Shown here: piece by piece, positions 11,279 through 24,800 of the stretch
Numbering within the stretch: position 1 is the stretch's first letter
How the letters are laid out: every line of letters starts with the position of its first letter
DNA from: Chiloscyllium plagiosum
Lineage: Eukaryota
NCBI RefSeq assembly: GCF_004010195.1
Contig: NC_057753.1
Coordinates: 4,983,156 to 5,047,155 of the forward strand
Direction of reading: 5' to 3'
DNA: 64,000 nucleotides
Notes under the pieces: generated by a model
Database searches by the model: none
Told to the model about the DNA's origin: nothing
What the model saw: the letters and a program-made list of their open reading frames with translations, nothing else
Program-made: the position numbers and the translations under genes

Positions 11279-11924
11279 ACGGGTCTTTGGTAACTTTTTG
11301 CAGCGCCTCTTGTAGATATTACACCTACTTATGATTCATGTTTATGATTTAGCAGACACATTTTGCTCAGATGAGATTCTCAGAAATAGATTTTTACTGG
11401 CGCTGATACATTGTATTTTCTGAGGTCGGATGACCAACTGCACCCCTTTCCAGACTTGGCCTCCCCCACCACACACTCACTGATGTTCAGTGAATTGAGA
11501 TGATTGTCTGAACACGAGCCTGCAACGAGAGCACCCGAACGGTCTCTTGTCCCATCAACATGTTCACATTGACGGGACATCAGCTCGACAGGACACGGGG
11601 TAAAATTTGCTGAAATCCATTTGGAAGATCGTCCGACAGTGTGGACGGACTGGTGTGCAACCAGTTCAGAGGAGTCTCTTCTGACACCTGGAGCAGGGAA
11701 GTGACCTCTCTCCGGTATGATCTCAACTTCAGCACTGAGACACCAGTGAATTCACTGATGTTGCTGCAGGTTTGACAAGCACCTGAACCTCTTCCTGCAG
11801 TGAGAGAAGATGGAGGCAGTTGGACCACAGCACGTGCACCATCAGTAAATATACACGCACAGATCTTGTCAGGCTAATTTGATTGTTCTCTCGCCACTTT
11901 GAACTCACTGGTGTGTACAGACAC

Positions 11925-14480
11925 TAGATGGAGAAAGATGTTTCGTTCAGATAAATGCGAGGTGTCGCGTTTTGGCTAGACAAACCGGGGCCGTACATAG
12001 AGGGCATAGGATTAGGGTGAGAGAGGAAAGATATAAGAGAGACCTAAGGGGCAACTCTTTCACATAGAGGGTGGTATGTGTACGGAATGAGCTGCCAGAG
12101 GATGTGGTGGAGGCTAGTACAATTGCAACATTTAAAAGGCTTTTGGATGGGTATATGTTTGGCTAGACAAACCGGGGCCGTACATAGAGGGCATAGGATT
12201 AGGGTGAGAGAGGAAAGATATAAAAGAGACGTAAGGGGCAACTCTTTCACACAGAGGGTGGTACGTGTACGGAATAAGCTGCCAGAGGATGTGGTGGAGG
12301 CTAGTACAATTGCAACATTTAAAAGGCTTTTGGATAGGTATATGACGAGGAAGGGTTTGGAGGGATATGGGCCGGGTGCTGGCAGGTGGGACTAGATTGG
12401 TTTGGGATATCTGGTCGGCATGGACGGGTCAGACCGAAGGGTCTATTTCCATGCTGTACATCTCTATGGCAGGTAGACAGGGTAGTGAAGAAAGCATTTG
12501 GCACGCTTGCCTTCCCTGGTCAGAGCATTGAGTACAGAAGCTCAGATGTCACATTATGGCTGTGCAAGACATTGGCGACGCATTTGGACCACTGTGAATA
12601 ATTCTGGTCACCTTGCTGGACAAAGGACGTTATTAAACTGGAAAGAGTGTAAGAATGGATGTCACCAAGACTGGAGCGCTTGAGTTATAAGGTGTGTCTG
12701 GATAGGCTGGGACTTTTCTCCCTGGAGCGTAGAAGGCTGACCTTATAGAGGTTTATAAAATCGTGAGGGGCATAGACAAGGTGAACAGCAACGGTCTTTT
12801 TCTCAGGACAGGGCAGTCCAAAGCTAGAGGCCATAGATCTAAGGTGAGAGGCAAGATTTTATCTCTCCACCCTTCAGGCACTCTGCCTGTATTCCTGATG
12901 AAGGGCTTTCACCCGAAACATCGATTTTCCTGCTCCTCGGATGCTGCCTGAACTGCTGTGCTTTTCCAGCACCGCTCTGATCTCGACTCTGGTTTCCAGC
13001 CTCTGCAGTCATTGTTTTTAACCGAGATTTCAAAAGGAGCTGAGGGGCAACCTTTTCACACAGTGGGTGGTGTGTATTTGAAACAAACTGCCAGAGGACA
13101 TTGTAGTGGCAGGTACAAATGCAACCTTTAAAAGATATTTGGGCAGGTACATGGATAGGAAGGTTTAGAGACACATGGGGCTAATGAGAAATGGGACCAG
13201 TTCAGTTTCGGAAACCTGGTCGGCATGGACACATTGGGGCGAAGGGCCAGTTTCCGTGCTGTACACCTCGATGCGTTTTGGAAAGGCAAATCAGGGCAGG
13301 ACTTACACACTTAATGGTAAAGTCATATAGTCAGAGATGTACAGTACGGAAACAGACCCTTCGCTCCAACCCGTCCATATATCCCAACCCAATCTAGTCC
13401 TACCTGCCAGCATCCTTCCAAACCCAGCCAAATGCCTTTTAAGTGTTGCAATTGTACCAGCCTCCACCACTTCCTCTGGCAGCTCATTCCATACACGTAC
13501 CACCCTCTGCGTGAAAAAGTTGTCCCTTAGGTGTCTTTTATATCTTTCCCCTCTCACCCTAAACCTATGCCCCTCTAGTTCTGGACTCCCCCACCCCAGG
13601 GAAAAGACTTTGTCTATTTATCCTATCTCCTGGGGAGTGTTGCTGAACAAAGAGATCTTGGAGTGCAGGTTCATAGCTCCTTGAAAGTGGAATCGCAATA
13701 GACAGGATAGTAAAGGCGGCATTTGGTAGGCTTTCCTTACTGGACAAAGCATTGAGTATAAGAGTTGGCAGGTCATGTTGCAGCTGTACAGGACATTGGT
13801 TAGGCCACTTTTACAATTCTGGTCTCCCTTCTATAGGAAGGATGTTGTGAAACCTGAAAGGGTTCAGAAAATATTTACAAAAATGTTGCCTGAGTTGGAG
13901 GGTTTGAGCTACAGGGAGAGGCTGAATAGACTGGGGCTGTTTTCTCTGGAGTGTTGGAGGCTGAGGAGTGATCTTATGGAGGTTTATAAACCATAAGGGG
14001 CATGGATAGGATAAATAGACAAGGTCTTTTCCCTGGAATGGGGGAATCCAGAACAAGAGGCCATAGGTTTAGGGTGAGAGGGGAAAGATATAAAAGGGAC
14101 CTGAGGGGCAACCTTTTCATGCAGAGGGTGGTGCATGTATGGAATGAACTGCCAGAGGAAGTGATGGAGGCCAGTACAATGACAGCAGTTCAAAGGCATC
14201 TGGATGGGTGTATGAATAGGAAGGGTTTCGAAGGATGTGGGCCAAATGCTGGCAAATGGGACGAGATTAATTTAGGATATCTGGTTGGTATGGATTAATT
14301 GGACCAAAAGGTCTGCTTCCATGCTGTTTCGCTCTTTAACTCAATGGACATTCCCCTACGAATAGGGAAGGTTTAGAGGGACATAGGCCAAGTGCTGGGA
14401 AATGGGGCTAGGTTAATTTAGGGTACCTGGTTAGCATTGGACTGAAGGGTCTGTTTCCATGGTGTACATCTCTACGATTC
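11925..14480 (+). mobile_element. Pile-up of nested CR1/HER1 3' fragments (one inverted at ~13325-13625), with a PLE hammerhead insert at ~12860-13020
   Basis: Repeated RVVRVWNELPE / RLGLFSLE peptides and tails. Tandem duplication at ~11972-12340. CTGATGAAGGGCTTTCACCCGAAACATC at 12895-12922. Confidence 0.85.
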
Positions 14481-14826
14481 TTCGTGAATTTCGGGCTCAG
14501 ACAAGACTAAATGCTTGACCAAGTATCCAGTTGAAGAGAGGGAACAGCAGAGGCAGCTGATCAGATTGACTCAACCTTAAACAAAGAAGCTTTGTGAGCT
14601 CCCCGTGCTTGTTGTTGGTGGTGAGGAAGGAGGAGTTGGGGAAGAAATTCACAAGGAACCAACTTGTATTAGAGCCATTAAAAAGATTCAATACACTGTA
14701 TTTGAAACACTGATTTGATTTTTACCTGCAAATAATACTGACAACTGGGCTCGGGACTATTAACTGAATCCAATAAACACGATTCGAGGTCTGGATGTAA
14801 TTCACAGAAAAGTCCAAACACAGCAG

Positions 14827-15696
14827 TCAGTTGTGAACCCGCTGGTGTGCCAGTAAATTGGATAACTTAGTGAATCCCTTCCCGCACTCGGAGCAGGTGA
14901 ACGGCCTCTCCCCGGTGTGAATTCGCTGGTGTACAGTGAGGTCAGATGATCGTGTGAAGCCAGTCCCGCAGTGAGAGCACCTGAACGGTCTCTCGTCGGT
15001 GTGAACCCGTTGATGGCGCATCAGTTCACTGGAACTTTTAAAGCACTTCCCGCAGTCCGGGCAGTTGAAAGGCCGCTCCCCGGTGTGAACTCGCTGGTGC
15101 GTCAGGAGGTTGGAGGACCGAGTGAATCCTTTCCCACACACGGAGCAGGTGAACGGCCGCTCCCCGGTGTGAATGCGCTGGTGCTTCAGCAGGTGGGTGG
15201 ACTGAGTGAATCCTTTCCCGCACACGGAGCAGGTGAAGGGCCTCTCTCCGGTGTGAATGCGCTCGTGCACAATGAGTTGAGACGATCGCTTGAAGCCAGT
15301 CCCACAGTGAGAGCACCGGAACGGTCTCTCGTCGGTGTGAACAAGCTGATGGGACATCAGTTCCCCGGAGCTTTTGTGGCACTTCCCGCAGTCTGGACAT
15401 TTAAAGGGTCGCTTGTCGGTGTGAACTCGCCGGTGCGTCAGCAAGGTGGATAACCGAGCGAATTCCTTCCCGCAATCGGAGCAGGTGAACGGCCGCTCCC
15501 CGGTGTGACTGCGCCGATGGATTTCCAGTTGGCCGGGATATTGAAATCCTTTCCCACAGTCACCACACTTCCACGGTTTCTCCCCGTCCTGACTGCATTT
15601 ATGTTTCGAGAGACCAGACACCCGGCTGAAGCCTCGTCCACATACAGAACATGTGTACGGCTTCTCCCCAATGTGAACGCTGTTGTTTCCTTCCAT
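14827..15696 (-). CDS. Tandem C2H2 zinc-finger protein A (289 aa; 9 canonical fingers and 1 degenerate)
   Basis: Uninterrupted ORF with TGERP/TDERP linkers. ATG (MEG) at 15696; acceptor ..tttaacag|g at 15806; in-frame TAG at 15706-15708. Confidence 0.9.
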   Translation of the reverse strand: MEGNNSVHIGEKPYTCSVCGRGFSRVSGLSKHKCSQDGEKPWKCGDCGKGFQYPGQLEIHRRSHTGERPFTCSDCGKEFARLSTLLTHRRVHTDKRPFKCPDCGKCHKSSGELMSHQLVHTDERPFRCSHCGTGFKRSSQLIVHERIHTGERPFTCSVCGKGFTQSTHLLKHQRIHTGERPFTCSVCGKGFTRSSNLLTHQRVHTGERPFNCPDCGKCFKSSSELMRHQRVHTDERPFRCSHCGTGFTRSSDLTVHQRIHTGERPFTCSECGKGFTKLSNLLAHQRVHN

Positions 15697-16399
15697 GCTC
15701 AAAGTCTAGCGGTACTCATGTCGAGATAATGTGGGCGATTCTGCACAAACTTGGGGGCGATGTTCAGTTTGAGTATCCCATCAGCAAATCTTCCCTTTCT
15801 GAAGTCCTGTTAAACTGATTTAAAAATGGAAAAGAAAACAGGTGAAAAAGAACTCAGAAAGGCAGTATTCGAAATTGAGCTGCATAAATCTGGTAATTGT
15901 GGGACTGTCCTAGGCAAAAATGACGGTGTGAAGGCTACTGGATTGACTTTTAAAATAAAACCCAAAGAGGTTCTTCAGCAAGGGATGTTTGCCACATGAT
16001 CTAGGCTACATATAACTCCATCTTTATGGTGAGTTCGGGGCGGTGGTGGTGAAGCACAAACATAGAGAGATAACAACACAGACTAAGAGACACAGGCTTT
16101 ATTTGGTCTATAACTCCGGACCTGGGCTCCATTCAATACAACTCAACCGGAGCACACACAGGATATAGAGTCATAGAGATGTACAGCATGGAAACACACC
16201 CTTCGGTCCAACCCCGTCCATGCCGACCAGATATCCCAACCCAATCTAGTCCCACCCGGCCCATATCCCTCCAAACCCTTCCTATTCATATACCCATCCA
16301 AATGCCTCTTAAATGTTGCACTCTGCCACCTAGAAGAATCAGAGTCGCAGGTGTAAGTGAACACCATCCCCTCCAAGTCACACTGTTCGGTCACACAAA

Positions 16400-17525
16400 G
16401 ACCCAGGGCAGAAACTCAGGAAATCAGAGTAGACATCATCCGCAAATATAGAGACTGGTGACCACAGCGGAGGGCAACACGCAGCAGGGAACATCTGTGG
16501 TGAACCCTAGGCCAGGAGGAGAGAGTGTACACAAAAAGGCAGGACAACTCCGACCTGGCATACCCCTGTCTACATCAATGGTGCAGAGGTGGAGATGGCA
16601 GACAGCGTCAGGTTCCTAGGAGTGAAGATCACCAATGATCTGTCCTGAATCACCCACACTGATGCTACAGTCAAGAAACCACAACAATGTCTCTTCTTCC
16701 TCAGGAGTGGCATGGTGGCTCACTGGTTCACACTGCAGCCTCACAGTACCAGGGACCCGGGTTCAATTCCAGCCTCGGGGTGACTGTGTGTGGAGTTTGC
16801 ACATTCTCCCTCTGTCTACCTGGGTTTCCTCTGGATGCTCCAGTTTCCTCCCACAATCCAAAGGTGTGCAGGTTAGGGTGGATTGGATATGCTAAATTGC
16901 CCCATAGTGTTCAGGGATGTGTAGGTTAGTCACAGTACCAGGGACCCGGGTTCAATTCCAGCCTCGGGGTGACTGTCTGTGTGGAGTTTGCACATTCTCC
17001 CTTTGTCTACCTGGGTTTCCTCTGGATGCTCCAGTTTCCTCCCACAATACAAAGGTGTGCAGGTTAGGGTGAATTGGATATGCTAAATTGCCCCATAGTG
17101 TTCAGGGATGTGTAGGTTAGGTGCATTAGTCAGGGGTAAATGTAGAGTAATGGGGAATGGGTTTGGGAGGGATACTCTTCAGAGGGTCAATGTGGACTTG
17201 TTGGGCCGAAGTGCTTGTTTCCACACTGTAGGGATTCTAAGAGGTTAAGGAAATTTGGCACGTCCATAAAGACTCTCACCAATCTTTAAGAGATGCACCA
17301 TAGAAAGCGTTCTATCTTGATGCGTCACGGCTTTGTATGGCAACTGCTCTGCCCAGGACCGTAGGAGATTACAGAGAGTTGTGAACTCAACCCGGTCCAT
17401 CATGCAAGCTTCAGTCAGTCCTTCACTGACTCCATCCAAACGTCTCGCTGCCCGAGGAAGGCAGCCAACATCATCAAAGACCCATCACAATCTCTTCTCA
17501 CTTCTTCCATCGGGCAGAAGATACA
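16400..17525 (+). mobile_element. Rex1/Babar-like LINE 3' fragment interrupted by a SINE
   Basis: PVYINGAEVEMADSVRFLGV..., YGNCSAQDRRRLQRVV and LLPSGRRY peptides typical of the Rex1 RT C-terminus. Confidence 0.7.
16708..17240 (+). mobile_element. HE1-type SINE with an internal ~190-bp tandem duplication
   Basis: TCACAGTACCAGGGACCCGGG...GTAGGTTAG occurs at 16741-16929 and again from 16931. Confidence 0.9.
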
Positions 17526-18145
17526 ACTCGGGAGTCAGATGTAAAACTTGCTATTTGTCTGGCCAAGTCCAGCTCTCAAGAAGCCTGATAGTATCCAGGG
17601 CAGGGATGCCCACTTAATGGTCACATCCACAAGCATTCACAATAACAACATTTAAAAGGCATCTGAATGGTATACGAATAGGAAGGGTTTAGGGAGATAA
17701 CGAGTCAAATGCTGGCAAATAGGACAAGGTTAATTAAGAATACCTGGTCAGCACGGATGAGTTGGACCAAAGGGTCAATTTCTGTGCTGTACATCTCTAT
17801 AAGACACTCATTCCACCACCAACAGTCAGCAGTAGTGTGTACCATCTACAAGATGCAATGCACATATTCACCAAAGATCCTGAAGCAGCACCTTTCAAAT
17901 TGACAACGTCTATCATCAAAGTCAAAGGAACATCACCCCTCCAATGTGAGTGGCCCTCCAAGCCACTCACCATCCTGACTTGGAAAAGTATCACCAATCC
18001 TTCAAAATCCTGGAATTCCCTCCCTAATGGCGTTGTGTGTCTACCTACATCAAAGAAATTGTAGTAATTCAAGTGCAAAGTACACCACTTTCTCAAGGGT
18101 AACTAGGGATGGGCAATAAATGCTTGCCCAGCCATTAATGCCTAC

Positions 18146-18678
18146 TGTTGTGGTTCTGTTCGCCGAGCTGGGAAATTGTGTTGCAGACGTTTCGTCCCCT
18201 GTCTAGGTGACATCCTCAGTGCTTGGGAGCCTCCTGTGAAGCGCTTCTGTGATCTTTCAGCTGTCCGTTGCAGTGGTCGGTATATTGGGTCCAGGTCGAT
18301 GTGCTTATTGATTGAATCAGTGGATGAGTGCCATGCCTCTAGGAACTCCCTGGCTGTTCTCTGTTTGGCTTGTCCTATAATAGTAGCGTTGTCCCAGTCG
18401 AATTCATGTTGCTTGTCATCGGAGTGTGTGGCTGGTCGTGTCGTTTCGTGGCTAGTTGGTGTTCATGGATGCGGATCATTAGCTGTCTTGCTGTTTGTCC
18501 TATGTAGTGTTTTGTGCAGTCCTTGCATGGGCTTTTGTACACTACGCTAGTTTTGCTCATGCTGGGTATCGGGTCCTTCGTTCTGGTGAGTTGTTGTCTG
18601 AGAGTGGCTGTTGGTTTGTGTGCTGTTATGAATCCTAGTGGTCGCAGTAGTCTGGCTGTCAGTTCGGAAATGCTCTTG
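18146..18678 (-). mobile_element. Penelope-like element 3' fragment (GIY-YIG) with hammerhead
   Basis: VVYKSPCKDCTKHYIGQTARQLMIRIHEH GIY-YIG motif. Confidence 0.85.
18186..18219 (-). ncRNA. Minimal hammerhead ribozyme motif
   Basis: gca-CTGAGGA-tgtcacctagacaggggac-GAA-ACGT-C-tgc: stem I gca/tgc, stem II and GUC triplet all present. Confidence 0.7.
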
Positions 18679-19394
18679 TAGCACCCGAGCTACAAATCTT
18701 CTCACAAACTTTGAATTAATGCCTATAATCCCATGAATGATTAATAAAAGCAAACAGATCAACAGTCAGTCCAGGATAAATATTCAGGAGAAACAAATGT
18801 TGGTATGTGTTGTGTGTGCATGTGAATCATCCACGATCAAAGTTTACAAAGCCCATCACCGAAGCCAGGAGGAAAACACTCCTTCCTCATGCACGTTCCC
18901 CACTGTGCATTGCCCCTCTGTTGTGGAAAGCAATCCTTCAATTCAAGGACAACATCTACCCATGGTCGTGAGCAACCTGCCCTCTAAGATGGGCACTGAG
19001 GATCCATGTACAGCGATCGGCATCAGTAAGTAAGAGGAAAACAAAGACAGAAATTTCAGAAAAGTTCAGCAGGTCTGGCAGCTTCTGTGCAGAGACGTCA
19101 GAGTTAACCTTTCAGGTTGAGTGGCCCTTCCTCAGAATGTTTGGTTCTGACTTACAGCATCCGCACTGCTTTCGGCTTTCATTTAGTAAATTAAGAGGGA
19201 ACGCTGGTCATGAGTGTCTGCCATGTGACTGAGCAACCCCTCAAATGTTTCAACACAAGGGATGTCCCATGAGATAGTGGGATCTGGAAGAGCAGGATTT
19301 ACTTCCTTTCCTTTCCTTTCCACTCCACTCTGCCTCATCAACAAGACATTGGGGGTAAAGGGCTAATGCAGCTTAATGGACAAGTTGTCTCCAT

Positions 19395-19790
19395 TCTTAA
19401 CAATGGGAAGCAAGCTCCTCCCACTCAATACAAATATTGCCCCCAATAAAGATGGCGGATGCGCATGCGCTCTTGCGTGCGCTGCCCCCCAGTACACAAT
19501 GGCGGACGTTCCCCGGGGCCTAACTCTGAATGAAAGCCTCTAGCTCATCCTCACTCCGTGCAAATCGGGCACCCGTGTACATTAAATTGGATTCGCGGTG
19601 TGAACGAGATGCTTACGAACCCAGCCCGCTCCATCCATCCACCGCTCCGTCAGGCCCGCCTCATGCTCACCGTTTTCGGGACCGAAGACAAAACACATCC
19701 GTCGACCGCCATTAACGGCTCCGCGCATGCTCTGTACGCCATCCGGTACCGCGCCTGCGCACTGCTCCCCTAATTATGGCTCGGGTACAT
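19395..19790 (-). promoter_or_regulatory. CpG-island promoter and first exon, probably of ZNF A
   Basis: YY1-like AAGATGGCGG (~19449), NRF1 GCGCATGCGC (~19461), GCGCCTGCGCA (~19752); candidate donors at 19616 and ~19670(-). Confidence 0.7.
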
Positions 19791-20096
19791 CCACTGCGGG
19801 GAATGGGTGGCTGCAGAGTGGCAAAGGGACCACTGCCCACAGACAACAACAATGACAACGTTGTGCATTTTTATAACATCTTGAACACAATAGAAACTTG
19901 CTGCGATGGTTCACAGGAGCGTTTGCTTTCTCCACATTAAGACAGTTTCTGCTTGTGTCTCCAATTTGGTCTTGATGTGGAGGTGCAGGTGTTGGACTAA
20001 GGTGGACAAAGCTAAAAAATCACATAACTAGCTAGGGCTTCCAAATAAACCTGTTGGACTGTAACCTGGTGTTGTGTGATTTTTAAATTTGGTCTT

Positions 20097-20719
20097 TGTT
20101 AGAAACGAAAATCGCTTCTCAATAATCGCTCTAGACAAATTCAGGAAAACAAAGTTTTATTAACAAGTCAAGTCTGCAGAGTCGGGCACCCTTGAAGAAA
20201 AGGCGCGCTGAGGCTTACAAAGTCTCCCATTATATACAGTACAAGTCCCTCCTCTCCTTGGCTCTAACAAGCCATGAGGTTCACATTCTTAAAAACATCA
20301 TTATTCTTATCACAAAGTCTGCAACAAATGGCTCCAGAGTCTCTAAAGTTGTTGTTTTTCTCACCCTGTAGTCTTATCAGTCAAAGACTTTAATCTGTAA
20401 CAGATGTCTCTCGAGTCGTTCCCCTATCCTGGAGTCTTATCAGTCAAGGACTCATCCTTCCCGCCTGTGTTAATGGTTTCATCAATCAAGGGCCTGTTTG
20501 TTTTTACTCTGCTCACAAATTGTCAGCATTCTGCACAATTTAAACTAGCCTGTTTGTTTTTACTCTGCTCACAAATTGTCAGCATTCAGCACAATTTAAA
20601 CTATTCTACTTTTGAGTATATAAAATGTTCTAGAAAAGAAACAAAAGTTTTGTCTTTTATTATAGACCAGTCTGTGGTCCAGGCACATCTTAAAGTTTAA
20701 ACCGAAATTACCTCTCACA
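20097..20719 (-). mobile_element. Solo LTR (623 bp)
   Basis: TG...CA ends; 5-bp TSD GTCTT (20092-20096, 20720-20724); minus-strand TATATAA (~20230-20236) upstream of AATAAA (20156-20161); internal 57-bp tandem repeat at 20491-20604. Confidence 0.8.
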
Positions 20720-21879
20720 GTCTTGAACAGACTGCTTTAGTTTTCACACAATTAAAAAATGCATATATTTTACAAACAGAGCTCTCTGCCTATTCAATAA
20801 TTCATCATATTATATGACATCCCTACCATTCTCTAGACTCAGCATGCTGTGTGCCTTGGTATGTCAGCTCGGAATACAATAGAAAGGCAATCATGTATGT
20901 TTTCTTGGTCAAATATTTTGAAGTTGATTGTCTTCCAAACCGATTTATTCAGCCAATTTAATGACTAGTCTTTTTCGTTTCCCAGATTCATCTCTACCAT
21001 TTTTGCATCTTCCAATCTCATTGTTTTGTTTCATTTCTGTTTCAGTTCATTGTTATCTCCATTAAATGTGGAACAGGTTTGCGGGCTGAATGGTCTACCC
21101 CTATTCATTTGTTTTCTCACAATCCATTTAGTCACAGCATAAGTTGTGAAGTTGTGTCATGAAGTGATATTTTGTGTTGATTATTGAGGTGAATTCATGA
21201 AGGAGACATCATTGTCAAGGAGTCACATCTGAAATTATACGATATATTTTATATTTAGACAAGGATCTTTTTAATCCTAGAGCAAGGTTACACACAAAAC
21301 ATCTCACAGTTCAGAGCTGGCCTATGAGAATGGACATTGATCCATAGAGATAAAGTACAATTTTGACTGCTCCTCTGCTCCACAGCACAGCACCTGAACG
21401 TCCTCTGCCTTGTTGTGCACCACTCCTTTTCTTCCCACATTCCCTGCAGAGACAATTTGCATTTCCTGGTTCTCTCACAAATGCAGCGACTAATTCATGA
21501 CCAACCAACAAATGAACATTTATTGTAGTTCACCTCAGGATTCCAGGCAGTAGAATGCCCATTTCCATTCGAGAACTGAAAGTTCTGGAGTATCAGCAGT
21601 ATCCTACTTCTATTATCAACACTCATCCTGCAAGATGGGGCCATTTCCAAAGCCATCCTCAGTACTCCAGATGAGATCAAATTGGAAACAAAAATAAAAA
21701 AATTGCTGGAATGAAAGAAACCCACATTGCTCCCTGACACAGCAGTGAATCTGCGTAGATACTGCCTTTGCTGTTTGAATTCATGTATCGCTGGACATCG
21801 AAGGGCATCTAGGATAATTAACAAAGTAAAATTCACAACTGATCTTGGAGCAACCTGTTTGGGAGAGGTCACAGCACAG

Positions 21880-24800
21880 AGACAGATAAGTCAATAGTTT
21901 TAAGTGTGACCTTGCTGTAAATTTGCAGTAGTGAGTAGAGTGGGTTCTTCCTCAATTATATGCTATAAACTTAAACTTAAATATATAAGCCGTAAGTATT
22001 AAGTTAGCCTGGAGCAGTATTTTGTAGAGGAATAAGACAATGCTATTTTCTGGGTCCATAGATTGGAAGAATCAAAAATGGCTCTTAGTAGATTGATATG
22101 CTCTTCTTGTCAGATGAGGGAGTTGAGAGAGAGTTTACGTGTTACTTAGGATTATATCTGTTGGTTGCGAATCCGAACAGATCAAATAGAATGGTTGGAG
22201 CGACAGTTAGAGGCAATGAGGAATTTACAAGCGCGAGGGGGTGTGATGGATGGCAGCTATAGGAAGGGAGGAAAGTCACAGATACAGTCACATGGATGGG
22301 TTAACTCCAGGAAAGGTAAGAGAAGTAGGCAAGCAGTGCAGGTATCTTCTGTGGCTATCCCCATTTCAAACAAGCATCTGTTTTGGAAAATATAGGGGGT
22401 GATGGATTCTCAGGGGAATGTAGCACAAACAACCAAGTTTCTTGTATCAAGACTGGCTCTAATGCAATGAGGATTACGTCGGGTTCCAAGAGATTGATTG
22501 TGTTAGGGGACTCTCTAGTCTGAGGCACAATCAGACGTTTCTGTGGCCAGCAGCGAAAAAATCAGAATGGTGTGTTGCTTCCCTGGTGCCAGGATCAAGG
22601 ATGTCTCAGAGAGGGTGCAGAATGTTCTCAAGGGGAAAGGGTCCAGCAGGAGGGCATTGTACACATTGGAACCAATGGCATAGGAAGGGAAAAGGATGAG
22701 ATTCTGAAAGGAGAATATAGAGAGTTAGGCAGGAATTTAAAAAGGAGGTCCTCGGGGTAGTAATATCTGGATTTCTCCCAGTGCTACGAGGTAGTGAGGA
22801 TAGGAATAGGAGGATAGAGCAGATGAATGCATGGCTGAGGAGCTGGTGTATGGGAGAAGGATTCATGTTTTTGGATCATTGGAATCTTTTCTGGGATAGA
22901 AGTGACCTGTACAAGAAGGACGGATTGCACCTGAATTGGAAGGGGACTTGCTAGAGCTGCTCAGGAGGATTTAAATTAGTAAGGTTGGGGGGTGGGTGGG
23001 GGGGGGGAAGTTGCGGTACGACTCAGGGAGATAGTGAGGAAAGACATCAATCTGAGACTGGTACAGTTGAGAAAAGAAGTGAGTCAAACAGTCAGGGCAG
23101 GCAATGACAAAGCAGAGAACAAGGTAGGACTGATAAATTAAACTGCATTTATTTCAATGCAACAGGGCATGGTTAGGCCTAACAGGGAAGGCAGATGAAC
23201 TCAGGGCATGGTTAGGAACATGGGACTGTGATATCATAACAATTACAGAAACATGGCACAGGGATGGACAGGTTTGGCAGCTCAATGTTCCAGGATACAA
23301 ATGCTACAGGAAGGACAGAAAGGGAGGCAAGAGAGGAGAGGGGGTGGCGTTTTTGATAAGGGATAGCATTACAGCTGTGCTGAGGGATGATATTCCTGGA
23401 AATACATTCAGGGATGTTATTTGTGTGGAACTGAGAAATAAGAAAGGGATGATCACTTTTTTGGGATTGTATTATATAACCCCTATTAGTCAGCGGGAAA
23501 TTAGGAAACTAATTTGTAAGGAGATCTCAGTTATCTGTAAGAATAATAGGATGGTTATGGTAGGGGATTTTAACTTTCCAAATATTGACTGGGACTACCA
23601 CAGTTTTAGTGGTTGAGGTGGAGGGGAATTTGTTAAATGTGTACAAGAACATTTTCTGATTTAGTATGTGGATGTACCTACTAGAGAAGGTGCACAACTT
23701 GACCTACTCTTGGGAAATAAGGTAGGGCAGGTGACTGAGGTGTCAGTGGGAGAGCACTTTGGGAGCAGTGACCATAATTCTATTAGTTTTAAAATAATGA
23801 TGGAAAAGGATAGACCGGATCCAAAAGTTGAAGTTCTAAATTGGAGAAAGGCTAATTTCAATGGTATTCGGCAAAAACTTGCAAAAGCTAATTGGGGACA
23901 GATGTTCGCAGGTAAAGGGGTGGCTGGAAAATGGGAAGCCTTCAGAAAAGAGATAATGAGAGTCCACAGATGGTATATTCCTGTTAGTGTGAAAGAGAAG
24001 GCTGGTAGGTGTAGGGAATACTGGATGACTAGAGAAATTGAGGGTTTGATTAAGAAAGCGAAGGAAGCATATGTCAGGTATTGACAGGATAGATCGAGTG
24101 AATCCTTAGAAGAGCATAAAGGAAGTAGGAGTATACTTAAGAGGGAAATCTAGAGGGCAAAGAGGGGCATGAGATAGCTTTGGCAAATAGAGTTAAGGAG
24201 AATCCAAAGGATTTTGACAAATACATTAAGGACAAAAGGGTAACTAGAGAGAGAATAGAGCCCCTCAAACATCAGCAAGGTAGCCTTTGTGTGGAGCTGC
24301 AGGAAATGGGGGAGATACTAAATAAGTATTTTGCATTTGTATTTACTGTGGAAAAGGATATGAAAGATATTGAAGGCAGGGAAATAGATGGAAACATCTT
24401 GAAAAATGTCCATATTACAGAGGAGGAAGTGCTTGATGTCTTGAAACACAAAAAAGTGGATAAATCAACAGGACCTCATCAGGTGTACCCTAGAACTCTG
24501 TGGGAAGCTAGAGAAGTGATTGCTGGTCCCTTTTGCTGGTCCCTTGTGTATCATCAATAGTCACAGGTGAGGTGCTGGAAGACTGGAGGTTGGCGAACGT
24601 GATGCCACTGTTTAAGAAAGTTGGTAAGGACAAGCCAGGGAACTATATACCAGTGAGCCTGAAGTCGGTGGTGGGCAGGTTGTTGGAGGGAATCCTGAGG
24701 GACAGGATGTACATGTATTTGGAAAGGCAAGGACTGATTAGGGATAGTCAACATGGCTTTGTGCGTGGGAGATCATGTCCCGCAAACTTGATTGAGTTTT

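Larger units (their letters stand above)
10200..11930 (-). pseudogene. Decayed C2H2 ZNF relic 2, interrupted by a LINE fragment and a SINE
   Basis: Last-finger end ...ATGCACGAGTGA at ~10320 with a 3'UTR similar to 9220-9320. Finger-like remnants at 10330-10420 and 11390-11930. Confidence 0.55.

Noticed and set aside
14971-15729. Antisense and alternate-frame ORFs overlapping ZNF exons (also in B-E)
   Set aside because: Shadows of the repetitive, stop-poor finger codons, with no independent protein features.
21480-21870. 125-aa minus-strand ORF, or a possible decayed L1 ORF1 on the plus strand
   Set aside because: No recognisable domain in the ORF, and the L1 resemblance is too weak to call without an HMM search.
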